This document shows positions 45,658 through 55,279 of a DNA stretch of 64,000 bases, in pieces (position 1 is the first letter of the stretch; the number at the start of each line of letters is the position of its first letter). This DNA comes from a virus, in IMG/VR virus record IMGVR_UViG_3300029023_000077; one strand, 5' to 3'. The notes below the pieces were generated by a model, which saw only the letters and a list, made by a program, of their open reading frames with translations, was not told the origin of the DNA and made no database searches. Position numbers and translations under genes: made by a program.

Positions 45658-46647
45658 ATGGCAGTAGATATTAAAGAAATGAGAGATAATGGTAAAGGAT
45701 TTACTAGACTGGTTACTTTCCAGTCTAGTAATGTTACGAACGCTATTCTTAAATACGATATAGTCGAAACCCTAGACTCCGTCGAAAACTCTATGCCACA
45801 TGGTGTCAGAAACTGGGAGAAAGATAAATCCTACATAAAAATGAGTGATGGCAGTATCATGACGTTTACTGATAATGAGTCTGATAGAGACAAGATTTAC
45901 TTATTAGCTAAGGATAGGAACAAGATGAAGGTATGGCCTTTCTATGCATATGAGAAACATAGATATTGTGGTGATTTGTATAACATGAGTGTACGTACCG
46001 TGTATAGATTAGCTTCTCATTTTATGGGATATATGGAGTATGAAGGCAGAGATATTATTGAGCTAGTTGTGCCAGAAGAGTATATTTTAGAGTCTCGTGA
46101 AAATGATAATTACCTTGAATGTTTACTGCCATGCATAAAGAAGGAATGGGTTGTTAGCATACTTAGATTTGATGATTATGTAGCAGAGCCTGTGCATGGA
46201 GAGAATGCATTAAGGTACAAGAATGAAGTATACAGGACGGATACCTATCGAATGTGTTATGGGGATGACATAATTCTTAATGGACATGGTTATGGCGATA
46301 ATGTTGAATACTGCATGAGTCCAAGTCTATTAGGCAGAGTAGATGATGTATCAATTCAGAGAGATTACGTTCAGCGCAATATATGGAATCTCTATAAGAA
46401 ATACTTATACATTATAAGACATGGATTAAACATTAATGATATTGTTAGTGTTGATCTTAGGGCTGCAACGGCAGAGATGCCTGATAAGTTAAACTTGGCT
46501 ACAGTACATTCATTTGCATCCTGTTTAGACAAACTGCGTCAGTATACAGGTGTAGATGTTTTAGATAACTCAACACCTTATAGTTTACGTGTTAAGAGTG
46601 TTTCATCAGAATATTGTGAACAGCTTGATAATGACGATGAAAGTTAG
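45658..46647 (+). CDS. hypothetical protein, MAVDIKEMRD N-terminal family
   Basis: 329-aa ORF; acidic C-terminus. Confidence 0.55.
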   Translation: MAVDIKEMRDNGKGFTRLVTFQSSNVTNAILKYDIVETLDSVENSMPHGVRNWEKDKSYIKMSDGSIMTFTDNESDRDKIYLLAKDRNKMKVWPFYAYEKHRYCGDLYNMSVRTVYRLASHFMGYMEYEGRDIIELVVPEEYILESRENDNYLECLLPCIKKEWVVSILRFDDYVAEPVHGENALRYKNEVYRTDTYRMCYGDDIILNGHGYGDNVEYCMSPSLLGRVDDVSIQRDYVQRNIWNLYKKYLYIIRHGLNINDIVSVDLRAATAEMPDKLNLATVHSFASCLDKLRQYTGVDVLDNSTPYSLRVKSVSSEYCEQLDNDDES

Positions 46648-46715
46648 ATGTATGTTAATAAAATTGAGGCGAGGATTTAAAATCCATACAGTAATATCAC
46701 AGGAGTGAAATTGTT

Positions 46716-47021
46716 ATGAGAAAAAGAATAAAGGAAGTCATTAGACTTATTGTTGGATCGGCACTCATTGGTATGAGTGCCGTTATCATTTTAGGTGGAG
46801 CTATTTTGGTGCTATGTAAAGGGTCATATCCTGAATCTATGGTATTTTGGTTATTCACAATATTTTATCTAACCTTTGCCTTGTTTCTTGGCACTTCGTT
46901 AATTTACGCATGTAATAAAGAGATGTGGAACCAGGTCTATGACTCAGGTGGATTACTACAAAAGTTGTTATCAAATTTACGAATTTTCTATGAGTTTGTA
47001 ATGTTTATGACAGTCCTATAG
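46716..47021 (+). CDS. membrane protein
   Basis: 101 aa with three hydrophobic helices. Confidence 0.5.
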   Translation: MRKRIKEVIRLIVGSALIGMSAVIILGGAILVLCKGSYPESMVFWLFTIFYLTFALFLGTSLIYACNKEMWNQVYDSGGLLQKLLSNLRIFYEFVMFMTVL

Positions 47022-47235
47022 ATTAGGAGGAAAGGTAAATGCAAGAAGATATTAGTTTGGCTTTAAATTGTATTCAGTAGTCTTGGTATTAGCCTACATA
47101 TTATGTTCTATATTTATTATTTGTGCTACCTTTACAATTATTGCTGAAGAATGTGGTTGGAGTTTAGATAATTCAGTTTGTCAAATGATAATAGCAATAG
47201 ATAATTGGTTTAAATAGGAATTTGAGGTGAAAATA

Positions 47236-47559
47236 ATGCAGGATGAATTTACAAGTGCAGTCTTAAGGACAATTGCATTTCATGAGCAAGAGATAAAAAG
47301 GTTAAGAGGGATGCTTAACAATAGTACTAGCTATGCAGCTAAGTTGTCAAATAAGCTAGCCGAGATGCATGTAACACAAACAGAGTTGGCGAAGAGTTGT
47401 GGCGTTTCTCAAAAGATAATATCTCGTTATTGTAATGGTGATGTAACTCCTGATGAAGTTATGCAGCAGAAGATTAACGCTGCTCTTGGTTGGGGTAAAA
47501 CAATTGAGGATGCTCTAAAGGGAGGTCCAGCTGATCCTAACGAAGCAACATTCTTTTAG
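47236..47559 (+). CDS. XRE-family helix-turn-helix transcriptional regulator
   Basis: VTQTELAKSCGVSQKIISRYCNGDVTP = HTH_3 pattern; ATG 47236. Confidence 0.6.
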   Translation: MQDEFTSAVLRTIAFHEQEIKRLRGMLNNSTSYAAKLSNKLAEMHVTQTELAKSCGVSQKIISRYCNGDVTPDEVMQQKINAALGWGKTIEDALKGGPADPNEATFF

Positions 47560-47570
47560 AGAGGTAGTAA

Positions 47571-47750
47571 AATGAAAATCTTAGTCAGGTTAAGAAAATC
47601 TTTTGTAGCTATTATAGGTTATATGTTAGTATTTATTGCTATACCGAGCCTTGTAAGAGTTTTGACAGACATTGAAGTATTATCTATCTTGACCGGTATA
47701 GCAATTACCATTCTAGCTACAGTTTTCTTTTTCTTTACTGGAAGATGAGG
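47571..47750 (+). CDS. small membrane peptide (58 aa)
   Basis: Two hydrophobic helices; RBS GAGAGG. Confidence 0.35.
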
Positions 47751-47760
47751 GGGAATAAAT

Positions 47761-48441
47761 ATGTCAACTGATATAAAAGTAACAAGAACTATTTGTGATA
47801 ATCAGAGGAAAAGTGATTTTATTACTATTGGACATTTAATAAATGAGCTTATGCATCAGCAGGACGAAGATACAGATTATGGAGTTGGATTAGGTTATTG
47901 TGAGTATCTTAAGAGTAATGGATGTGACTCCTATCCTGATGCAGTAGTGAAGAAATTATTGGTTAAAGTTGGCTTTTCTAGTGTGGAAGTCTTTAATTTT
48001 ATTAAAGACGACCAGATGTTTCGAGGCATTCCTTGTATTACAGATCCATTACCCGTTAGTCATGCTCATGCACACTGCACATTGCAGTTATACTCTAATG
48101 TAGATTTAAGCTATCTGAAAAGTCAGAATAAGTGTTATGCAGATTATATAGTCCAGATGGTTCAAAAGTATGGAACCTTTATTGTACTTGATAATCTTGT
48201 AAGTCTTAAACCGGGATCTGGCAGAGAATTAGTGCAGCATATTCAAAATACATTACACTATCCGATTGTATTACAGGCAGGGTTCTTGAAATATGGTGAT
48301 TATGTAACTTTTCAGAATACAGGTAATAAATGGGTAATTGAAAAACTTGTAAAGTATTACGAGAGTCTTGGTTTTAAAAATGGTAATAATGAGATGGGCT
48401 ATTATAGTGAAGCAGTGACGATGTTATATGTCCCTAAGTAA
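47761..48441 (+). CDS. hypothetical protein (MSTDIKVTRT N-terminus)
   Basis: 226-aa ORF with RBS GGGGGA. Confidence 0.5.
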   Translation: MSTDIKVTRTICDNQRKSDFITIGHLINELMHQQDEDTDYGVGLGYCEYLKSNGCDSYPDAVVKKLLVKVGFSSVEVFNFIKDDQMFRGIPCITDPLPVSHAHAHCTLQLYSNVDLSYLKSQNKCYADYIVQMVQKYGTFIVLDNLVSLKPGSGRELVQHIQNTLHYPIVLQAGFLKYGDYVTFQNTGNKWVIEKLVKYYESLGFKNGNNEMGYYSEAVTMLYVPK

Positions 48442-48453
48442 GGAGGAATTGAT

Positions 48454-48648
48454 ATGGCTAAAGTTGTGTTAGTTGATAACCTCAATAGAGAAATTATTGA
48501 GGACAAAATCTTAAAGGAGAATGTTACAGAACAAGAAGCTCATAAGCTTGCTGACGCCTATAATCAGAAGCATCCACATGATTCTTGGTTTGCAAGAGTT
48601 GTAGATGATAACTACAAATTGTGGCGTGGTATGGCTGAGTTGATTTGA
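48454..48648 (+). CDS. hypothetical small protein
   Basis: 64-aa ORF with RBS AGGAGG. Confidence 0.5.
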   Translation: MAKVVLVDNLNREIIEDKILKENVTEQEAHKLADAYNQKHPHDSWFARVVDDNYKLWRGMAELI

Positions 48649-48664
48649 ATGGAGGATTTATTTT

Positions 48665-49090
48665 ATGGGAAAACGCTTAAGTACCTGTTCTTACTTGATT
48701 TATAGCTTACTAGGTATAGCAACCGCAATGTGTGGTTTATACTGGGGTTTTAAATATTTGTTCGAGGGGTCTGGTATATTCTCGGTGTATAGTATTTGTT
48801 CTATTCTAAGTTCACTATTCTTCCTAGATTCAAGGATAGACTGTAAGAATGTAGTGGCTGTAATGACATATGAGGAGTTCCTAGATACTTGTACTCTGCA
48901 TAGTGGTAATTGGAGCGAGACTTTGCTTGATGGTGTACGAAAAATGTACCCTGCAAAGTATGAAAATGTTGCTGTCAGGTGTCATGCTATAGTTGCTCAG
49001 CATGGTGATATACAAGGTGTGCAATTCTTATGTAGTTGGTTAAAAGATCAAGGAATTTCTTTTGACCATGAGAAATCAACAGATACGTAA
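48665..49090 (+). CDS. membrane-anchored hypothetical protein
   Basis: N-terminal TM helices. Confidence 0.45.
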   Translation: MGKRLSTCSYLIYSLLGIATAMCGLYWGFKYLFEGSGIFSVYSICSILSSLFFLDSRIDCKNVVAVMTYEEFLDTCTLHSGNWSETLLDGVRKMYPAKYENVAVRCHAIVAQHGDIQGVQFLCSWLKDQGISFDHEKSTDT

Positions 49091-49316
49091 AGTATCATAT
49101 AGTGAAGCTTTAAGTGATGTCACATTATTTATTGTACAGATTTGTGCAATGGTTGTATTCACAATAGTTACATTATATTTTGCTATTATTGTTGCGTGTG
49201 CTGAGGACAATCTAAGTTTTGTTGGTGGATGTATTTTACTAAATAGTGTGATTTATTTTATTGGACGTAAGCCATTAAAAGCGCTATTTAGGTTAATCAA
49301 GTCAGTAATGAAATAA
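49062..49316 (+). CDS. small membrane protein
   Basis: 84 aa, two TM helices. Confidence 0.4.
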   Translation: MTMRNQQIRKVSYSEALSDVTLFIVQICAMVVFTIVTLYFAIIVACAEDNLSFVGGCILLNSVIYFIGRKPLKALFRLIKSVMK

Positions 49317-49329
49317 GTGGGGTGTTATT

Positions 49330-49437
49330 ATGGTTGTTAATGGTCATAAATTACTAGACTATCTAAATCTTTTAGGAGATGTAACACCTGAGCTTACTAT
49401 GCAGACTATGAACGCTTTATCTGTCGTAGAAATATAG
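49330..49437 (+). CDS. small ORF (35 aa), paralogue of the N-terminus of the 49709 ORF
   Basis: NGHKLLDYLNLLGDVTPELTMQTMNALSVVEI vs DGKKLLSLLNLSEEDVTPALVMQALNLLSIVE. Confidence 0.3.
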   Translation: MVVNGHKLLDYLNLLGDVTPELTMQTMNALSVVEI

Positions 49438-49443
49438 AGGAGG

Positions 49444-49707
49444 ATGCATATGGCATTTTATGCAGAATTGCTTAGAAGGCGTTGGTATTGTGTATGCGAA
49501 GAAAACTGGATTCAGTTCTATCGTAAATTTACCTATGACACATGGTATGCTTCTTTAACAGCATCACAGAAAGAGCAAGTTCGTCTTGCTGAGGAGAAAA
49601 GCGCAAGAAGGGACGAGTATGAATTACATACTGCACTGGCAGAACTCTTTGCTATAGATAGTATAGTTGCAAGTATATACAGTAGAACTAATAATTGGAG
49701 GTATTAA
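49444..49707 (+). CDS. hypothetical protein
   Basis: 87-aa ORF with RBS GAGGAGG. Confidence 0.5.
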   Translation: MHMAFYAELLRRRWYCVCEENWIQFYRKFTYDTWYASLTASQKEQVRLAEEKSARRDEYELHTALAELFAIDSIVASIYSRTNNWRY

Positions 49708-49708
49708 T

Positions 49709-50068
49709 TTGGTTATTGATGGTAAGAAACTATTATCTCTACTAAATCTTTCAGAAGAAGATGTAACGCCTGCGCTTGTGATGCAAGCCCTAAATTTATT
49801 ATCTATCGTAGAGAGAAATCAGATTCTGCGAGATTGCATTATAATGGAAGATTTAGTTAAAAATCCAGTCTTATCGTTATCCGACTTGGAATTTGCAAGA
49901 GATACTGAGTATGTTGGTTCACTTAGTAGTGATCCAACAATAAAACAGAAGCTTAAATATGAAAAATCGTATTTAGCTTCTAAAGAGATGAGACGAAATC
50001 TTGGTCCTGGGATAGGCGAACATGGGAAACATTATAAAGGTTGTAAACGTAAAAGAAAGGTAAGGTAA
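49709..50068 (+). CDS. hypothetical protein
   Basis: TTG 49709 after GGAGG; ORF open from 49667. Confidence 0.4.
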   Translation: MVIDGKKLLSLLNLSEEDVTPALVMQALNLLSIVERNQILRDCIIMEDLVKNPVLSLSDLEFARDTEYVGSLSSDPTIKQKLKYEKSYLASKEMRRNLGPGIGEHGKHYKGCKRKRKVR

Positions 50069-50073
50069 TTGTG

Positions 50074-50223
50074 ATGAAAAGATCATGTCCTAATTTTAGT
50101 TGTAGCAAATATGGCAAGACATGTGCCAGTTGTAAGGACACTGGTGCACTTTGTGCACCTACTTGTGATGACTGCAAGAATAAAAAGACTTGCAAGTTAC
50201 CTAAAGATTTAAATAAGGAATAG
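50074..50223 (+). CDS. cysteine-rich small protein (49 aa, 9 Cys)
   Basis: MKRSCPNFSCSKYGKTCASCKDTGALCAPTCDDCKNKKTCKLPKDLNKE. Confidence 0.35.
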   Translation: MKRSCPNFSCSKYGKTCASCKDTGALCAPTCDDCKNKKTCKLPKDLNKE

Positions 50224-50363
50224 GAGAAGTAGGATAAAATGAATTTTGTAGATGTAATTACTTGGTATGAAGTGCTGGCAGAGCACATCAAATAATAAAT
50301 ATTAGTCTTTTTGTCATATATAATTAGAAGGTTATTTATTGTTCAGTTATGGAGGTTTGGAAT

Positions 50364-50672
50364 ATGGAAGATAAATCAATTAACGAGAAGAAAATTGACG
50401 AAACAGTAGCACGCTGTAAGAAGATGCTGGATGCTTCATATTACAAATATGGCGAAGCAAGGAAGAATTATGGAGAGGGTCGACTTGATGCACTTGGATC
50501 ACTGGATAACTGTCTTATTAAATTTAATAAGACAAAGAATACAGAGTATCTACATGATGCTATTAACTACTTGCTACTGCGTATGTTATTTCCATTGCCA
50601 GGTGATCACTATGAACCAACAGATTCAAATGAATCTGCAGGTATAGTGGGTACACCTATTAATATGGAATAG
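50364..50672 (+). CDS. hypothetical protein
   Basis: ATG 50364 is 7 nt after GGAGG. Confidence 0.5.
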   Translation: MEDKSINEKKIDETVARCKKMLDASYYKYGEARKNYGEGRLDALGSLDNCLIKFNKTKNTEYLHDAINYLLLRMLFPLPGDHYEPTDSNESAGIVGTPINME

Positions 50673-50700
50673 GAACATAGAGTTTATTACTCTAAGGAGG

Positions 50701-51465
50701 TTGTTTATGTTAGATATTCAGAGTATGAGAAAAACAGAAAGCAAGCCATTTGACTTATGGTCAGATAAATTGAAGGTTGCTCACTTTGCAGCAGTTGTAA
50801 AAGCAACTGGAGGGTTTTTCAAAGAAACTGATTCAAATACGCTGTTGAGTGGGATCAGCTGGCAATTGTTATCAAAAATGATGGAACCGTATTACGACGA
50901 GAATGTACGTTATAGTGATGTATGTTATGCGCTAGAAAATTCTAAAGGAATGACGATTATGGGTGAATACATTGTCACTGATGTTAAACTCAGATGTAAT
51001 CTGCAGTTTTTTCGTAGATTCTTAAACGGCTTAAGAAACCACGGGGCGTCACGTAAAATTCTAGAAGGTGAACTCTCGTATGAGGATAGTATATACAGTC
51101 TAGATATATCAGCTACAGCTAGGAGCTTCTTGTGCTATCGAGATATTGATTCAATAAGTTATTTACAAAGTATACTTAATGGAGATTCTGAGTTAGATGA
51201 AGTTGGTCAGCTTTGGTTTAATGAATATCGTAATGATATTATAGAGGCCATAGATCGACCAAGATTGGTACTTGGTAAAGGTGCTGAAATTACTAGCGTG
51301 GAGTCTAATTGTCAAAGGACTTTTACGACACGTTTGGATATTTACCAGACAATTATGGAAGTTTGTCGTACTGAGACTAGCTGTGTACATTGTAAATTCT
51401 ATATAGATGGTGCGTGTATCTTTGAGAAGGCGCCTAAAAGTGTTGAAAATACTGGGCAGAAGTAG
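50701..51465 (+). CDS. hypothetical protein, MLDIQSMRKT N-terminal family
   Basis: 254-aa ORF with RBS AAGGAGG. Confidence 0.55.
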   Translation: MFMLDIQSMRKTESKPFDLWSDKLKVAHFAAVVKATGGFFKETDSNTLLSGISWQLLSKMMEPYYDENVRYSDVCYALENSKGMTIMGEYIVTDVKLRCNLQFFRRFLNGLRNHGASRKILEGELSYEDSIYSLDISATARSFLCYRDIDSISYLQSILNGDSELDEVGQLWFNEYRNDIIEAIDRPRLVLGKGAEITSVESNCQRTFTTRLDIYQTIMEVCRTETSCVHCKFYIDGACIFEKAPKSVENTGQK

Positions 51466-51657
51466 TCATAAACATTGGTCGAGATGCTGAGGGGCGTGCA
51501 TGTATGGATGTAATCAGGCACTATATCTAAAGTATTTATCATTTGGATATATTTTCGGATAATCGAGAAAAGTTATGGCGGAATAACTAAATTATTGCAT
51601 AGAATGAGAAGAGTGTAGAAATCTGCACTCTTCTCTGAGTAGAGAGGATTTTATTTT

Positions 51658-52722
51658 ATGAAGAAAGATTCAGGGGCAGAATTTACCATGTTACAAGATA
51701 ATGAGATTAAAGTTTTTGATTTGAAGGAGCTAGAGCATTGTATGCTTACTCTTATAAATCAGAATAAAGAATTAAATCTAACTGTACATAAGTATGACAA
51801 AAATAAGCTTATACTTCAGGACTGCATATACATTAATATCTATGATCTTGATAAAGCAAGGAACAGTTTCCCTATAACAGGTATTCTGGAATTACCATAT
51901 TTCCGTGTCAATGGTGTTACGTGTGGAGAGTCTAAATTTATAGATAGATTTGTTAACCCATTTAATTTAGCTTCCGTTTTAGTAAATAAATGTGATTTCA
52001 ATATGAACACATTTTATGCTACAGTAAAACCCTACAAGGTTATTAGCAAATTTTCCAATTGGTATTGGGAATATCAGCATTATTTTCCAGACACTATTAT
52101 AAAGAGGGTACCGTCTTATAGAGAGAAATGTGGATTTATGGATACAAGCTGGAGCACATTTCATGAGCTCTGCCAACATTTAGATATGAATTATTTTGAA
52201 TTATGCAAGGCTATACATGAAGGTCAAACGTTAGATGATATATGTACGGACAGATTAGGTAAGAAAACATATGGTCATGAAACATGGTATAGCTGGCTTG
52301 AATTTGCAAAGGATTATTCATTTGGGAAATATTACTATGGTATATCTAATGACTACGTAAAGATATTACAGGAGTTTAAAGAATCTACGGAAATATCAGT
52401 AGTAGAAAAGCCTGAAATTAGATTTAATTATGTATTTGAATCTAAAATACCTGACAGTATTGTTGTTACGATAAATATTACAGGTATACATTATCTATCT
52501 CGAGATAAACAGATTGAGAAAATAAAGGAAGCTAAAAGTGTTTTAGACAATCAAGTAATTGAAGCGCTTAAAAAGAATAAGGTATTTCAAAAGCTTAATG
52601 TGCCTGTGAATTGTCTTAAATTAACACGTAAAACTTATACACAGGCAGAAGAGCTTGTTTATTATTTTGGTTGGAAAGAAATATCTAAGGATACAGCACA
52701 AGCAAGAGAAGATCAGGTATGA
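51658..52722 (+). CDS. hypothetical protein
   Basis: 354-aa ORF; RBS AGAGAGGA; hairpin 22 nt upstream. Confidence 0.55.
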   Translation: MKKDSGAEFTMLQDNEIKVFDLKELEHCMLTLINQNKELNLTVHKYDKNKLILQDCIYINIYDLDKARNSFPITGILELPYFRVNGVTCGESKFIDRFVNPFNLASVLVNKCDFNMNTFYATVKPYKVISKFSNWYWEYQHYFPDTIIKRVPSYREKCGFMDTSWSTFHELCQHLDMNYFELCKAIHEGQTLDDICTDRLGKKTYGHETWYSWLEFAKDYSFGKYYYGISNDYVKILQEFKESTEISVVEKPEIRFNYVFESKIPDSIVVTINITGIHYLSRDKQIEKIKEAKSVLDNQVIEALKKNKVFQKLNVPVNCLKLTRKTYTQAEELVYYFGWKEISKDTAQAREDQV

Positions 52723-52740
52723 CCCCTATTGTAAAAGGAA

Positions 52741-53493
52741 GTGATTATATTGAGTAGTTCTAAAGACATCTTGTTAATGGAGTCTACGTTGAAGAAACAT
52801 AAAATAGACCCAACAGATAGTTATGCTTATAAGATGTATGAGTTACGTCAGGCAAAGCACCATTTTAGTTTCAATGAACATGTTGAAGCAATGGTGCTTT
52901 CTTTATTATCTGCAAATCGACCTTGGAAACAAATTGTAGAGAATTTGGATAATCTCAGAGAAATATTTTGCAACTGGGATGCTGAGTTGATTAAGCATAA
53001 AAATCCAGCAACATTAGAATTTGAAATTGGCTCGGTAGGTTGTGGTAATCGTGCAATAAGCCGTCAGATGCAAGGTCTAGCTGCTAATATTGAGTTATTG
53101 CAGAGATTGCAGGAAAGAGTAGAAGACTTAGAGTATCTTGTCGCTGAAGATCCGTATGAAGTTTCAGATTTGCTATCTTCCTACCCATGGAAACTAAATG
53201 GCTTTGCTCAGACGTTAGCTTTGCAGTATTTACGTAATGTTGGTGTAGATACTTGTAAGCCGGATGTACATATCAGACGAATACTGGCTCGTATAGGCTT
53301 CACAAGTTATGAAGATTGCTCTATATCTGAGATTATATCTGTCATGAAACAATTAAGTGCTGAGTTGGGATTGCCTGTAACATTAATCAATGAGATTGTT
53401 TGGTATTATGGAGCATCTGGGTATGTTGAGATGTGCGCTAAGTCACCTAAATGTTCTATTTGCCAGATTATGGATTGTAGGTATAGGAGTTAA
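52741..53493 (+). CDS. HhH-GPD DNA glycosylase, endonuclease III-like with [4Fe-4S] loop
   Basis: HhH segment NVGVDTCKPDVHIRRILARIGF (cf. VDTHVxRVxxRLG); C-terminal CAKSPKCSICQIMDC (C-x5-C-x2-C-x5-C). Confidence 0.55.
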   Translation: MIILSSSKDILLMESTLKKHKIDPTDSYAYKMYELRQAKHHFSFNEHVEAMVLSLLSANRPWKQIVENLDNLREIFCNWDAELIKHKNPATLEFEIGSVGCGNRAISRQMQGLAANIELLQRLQERVEDLEYLVAEDPYEVSDLLSSYPWKLNGFAQTLALQYLRNVGVDTCKPDVHIRRILARIGFTSYEDCSISEIISVMKQLSAELGLPVTLINEIVWYYGASGYVEMCAKSPKCSICQIMDCRYRS

Positions 53494-53507
53494 GTAAGGA
53501 GAATTTT

Positions 53508-53849
53508 ATGAATACATTAACAATTGATGATTTTGGAGACGTTGTAATTACTAAGCCAGAGATTATTGAAAAGCTGCTTGAGTTGTATTCTAAAGCAGGT
53601 GAAGAAAAGAATGTACTGGCAGCGTATAAGATTACAGCAGAACAATTTCATGAGGCATGTAAGCAAGAGTTACTGATTGAAGGTATGACCTTATCAATTG
53701 CATGGAATGCATTGAAGTTTTTAGCTACTGCAGTTTCTGTAGGAGATCTAGGTAATTCTGTCAATCAGGCTATTCGCAGTAGTATTGCTCTTGCAGCTGT
53801 ATATGTAACAAATGTTAGTCCGGAGCAACGGCGTAAATTAGAGAGCTAA
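53508..53849 (+). CDS. hypothetical protein
   Basis: 113-aa ORF with RBS AAGGAG. Confidence 0.5.
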   Translation: MNTLTIDDFGDVVITKPEIIEKLLELYSKAGEEKNVLAAYKITAEQFHEACKQELLIEGMTLSIAWNALKFLATAVSVGDLGNSVNQAIRSSIALAAVYVTNVSPEQRRKLES

Positions 53850-53880
53850 GTTGGCTCTTATTTTATTTATGGAGGTTTAC

Positions 53881-54363
53881 ATGGTAGATATTAGAGAACA
53901 AAGACAATTGGAAAATGATGACATTTGTAGTAAGTTTATAGGCTTACATGTGACTGATGCTATAGCATTTGCATATATGTTAAATACACCTGTATCTTTT
54001 GCAGATAACAAAGGTAATAAGGTTGAAGAGGTTACACCCGATGGCACGCCTATGGTTATCACTAGTGCAAGAAGGGAAGGCATGAAGATCATTGTAGACA
54101 CTGCTGCCAAGGGTACTCAAGCTGCTGATGATGTGTCTAATGGAAGAGTAAAAGAATATTACACCGCTGGTGAGATTGCTAAAGCTCTCTACTTTGTTAA
54201 CCCTTACATATGTGTAGCGGAGATTGAGCCACGACAGATATACTTTGTCAATATGACAAAGCTGTATTTCATTAAGACATTATTGAAAAACTACTATAAC
54301 ATATTAAATGGTATAAAACCAGTAGATTACGCTGAGTTATATGATTGGAAAGAAAATAGATAG
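53881..54363 (+). CDS. hypothetical protein, MVDIREQRQL N-terminal family
   Basis: ATG 53881 after GGAGGTTTAC. Confidence 0.5.
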   Translation: MVDIREQRQLENDDICSKFIGLHVTDAIAFAYMLNTPVSFADNKGNKVEEVTPDGTPMVITSARREGMKIIVDTAAKGTQAADDVSNGRVKEYYTAGEIAKALYFVNPYICVAEIEPRQIYFVNMTKLYFIKTLLKNYYNILNGIKPVDYAELYDWKENR

Positions 54364-54415
54364 GTATAGAAACAAAGAGTTGATATGGCTCTTTTATTTT
54401 TAAGGAGGTTTAATT

Positions 54416-55267
54416 ATGAAGGATATAAGATTAATGCGCTTAACACAGGGTAATGGGTTGATAGGTCATACTGTAGAAGAGGCTGAAAATATGCTTAATC
54501 AGATAGATGATAGTATAAATATCTGTGATGAATCAGGTGTCAGACCATGCCTTCAGGATGATTTAGGCAGACCCTTAGTTATTGTTAAAGTTTTAGTGGC
54601 AACTTCACACAGTATAAATGTGCACACAATACCAAATAATTCGCAAGTTGTGAATTATAGTTCAATGAAAGGTATGACAGTTGAAGACATAGTAAACAAT
54701 TTACAAAGATATGCAGCTAATTCTTACAAAGTTACACTTCAATTACAAAACACAGAATTTGAATTTGATATAAATCATGGTAGATGTACCAGAGATTTAC
54801 ACAATTTCAGCCAGTTAGTTGTAACAGGTTTAAGTGTCAAAGCACCAGATATAAACGCACCTGTAGAAATTCGTTTAGTACCACAGAATGTACCAGATTC
54901 AATGCAGAGTCTATGCATAATTGATGTGGATAAACTACTCAAGGATTCTAATAATGATAAAGATTCTGCCTCACACGACACGAAGGATTATGTCAGTGCT
55001 AGGTCAGATCTTGAGATATTTATAGCTTCTATGTTTTGTGCTAATACCAAGGTGGATCTAGAAGACGTGGGTATATTGACACATACTATTGTAGGGGCTT
55101 TAAAGTATGCTGGAGTAACATCTGTAAATGATAAACTAGCAGTTTTAGTTGGTGGGATGTGTTTGCGTGCTGATTTAGACACTCTAGTAGGAGGACCCTG
55201 CTCATTTGTAAAACGGGCCAAAGCTATTTGTAAATGTATATCTGAATTACCAGAAGAAGATGTTTAA
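54416..55267 (+). CDS. hypothetical protein, MKDIRLMRL family; paralogue of next gene
   Basis: Shares L-G..V.EA..LL.Q...........G..L.I...V.V.T.P.N.Q.VN...MKGM.V.D......YKVT with the next gene. Confidence 0.55.
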   Translation: MKDIRLMRLTQGNGLIGHTVEEAENMLNQIDDSINICDESGVRPCLQDDLGRPLVIVKVLVATSHSINVHTIPNNSQVVNYSSMKGMTVEDIVNNLQRYAANSYKVTLQLQNTEFEFDINHGRCTRDLHNFSQLVVTGLSVKAPDINAPVEIRLVPQNVPDSMQSLCIIDVDKLLKDSNNDKDSASHDTKDYVSARSDLEIFIASMFCANTKVDLEDVGILTHTIVGALKYAGVTSVNDKLAVLVGGMCLRADLDTLVGGPCSFVKRAKAICKCISELPEEDV

Positions 55268-55279
55268 GGAGGGTAATAT

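Noticed and set aside
47022-47235. Candidate promoter/operator upstream of the XRE regulator (TTGTCA ... GATAAT)
   Set aside because: The spacing between the -35-like and -10-like hexamers does not fit a sigma-70 promoter and there is no clear palindromic operator. Not annotated.
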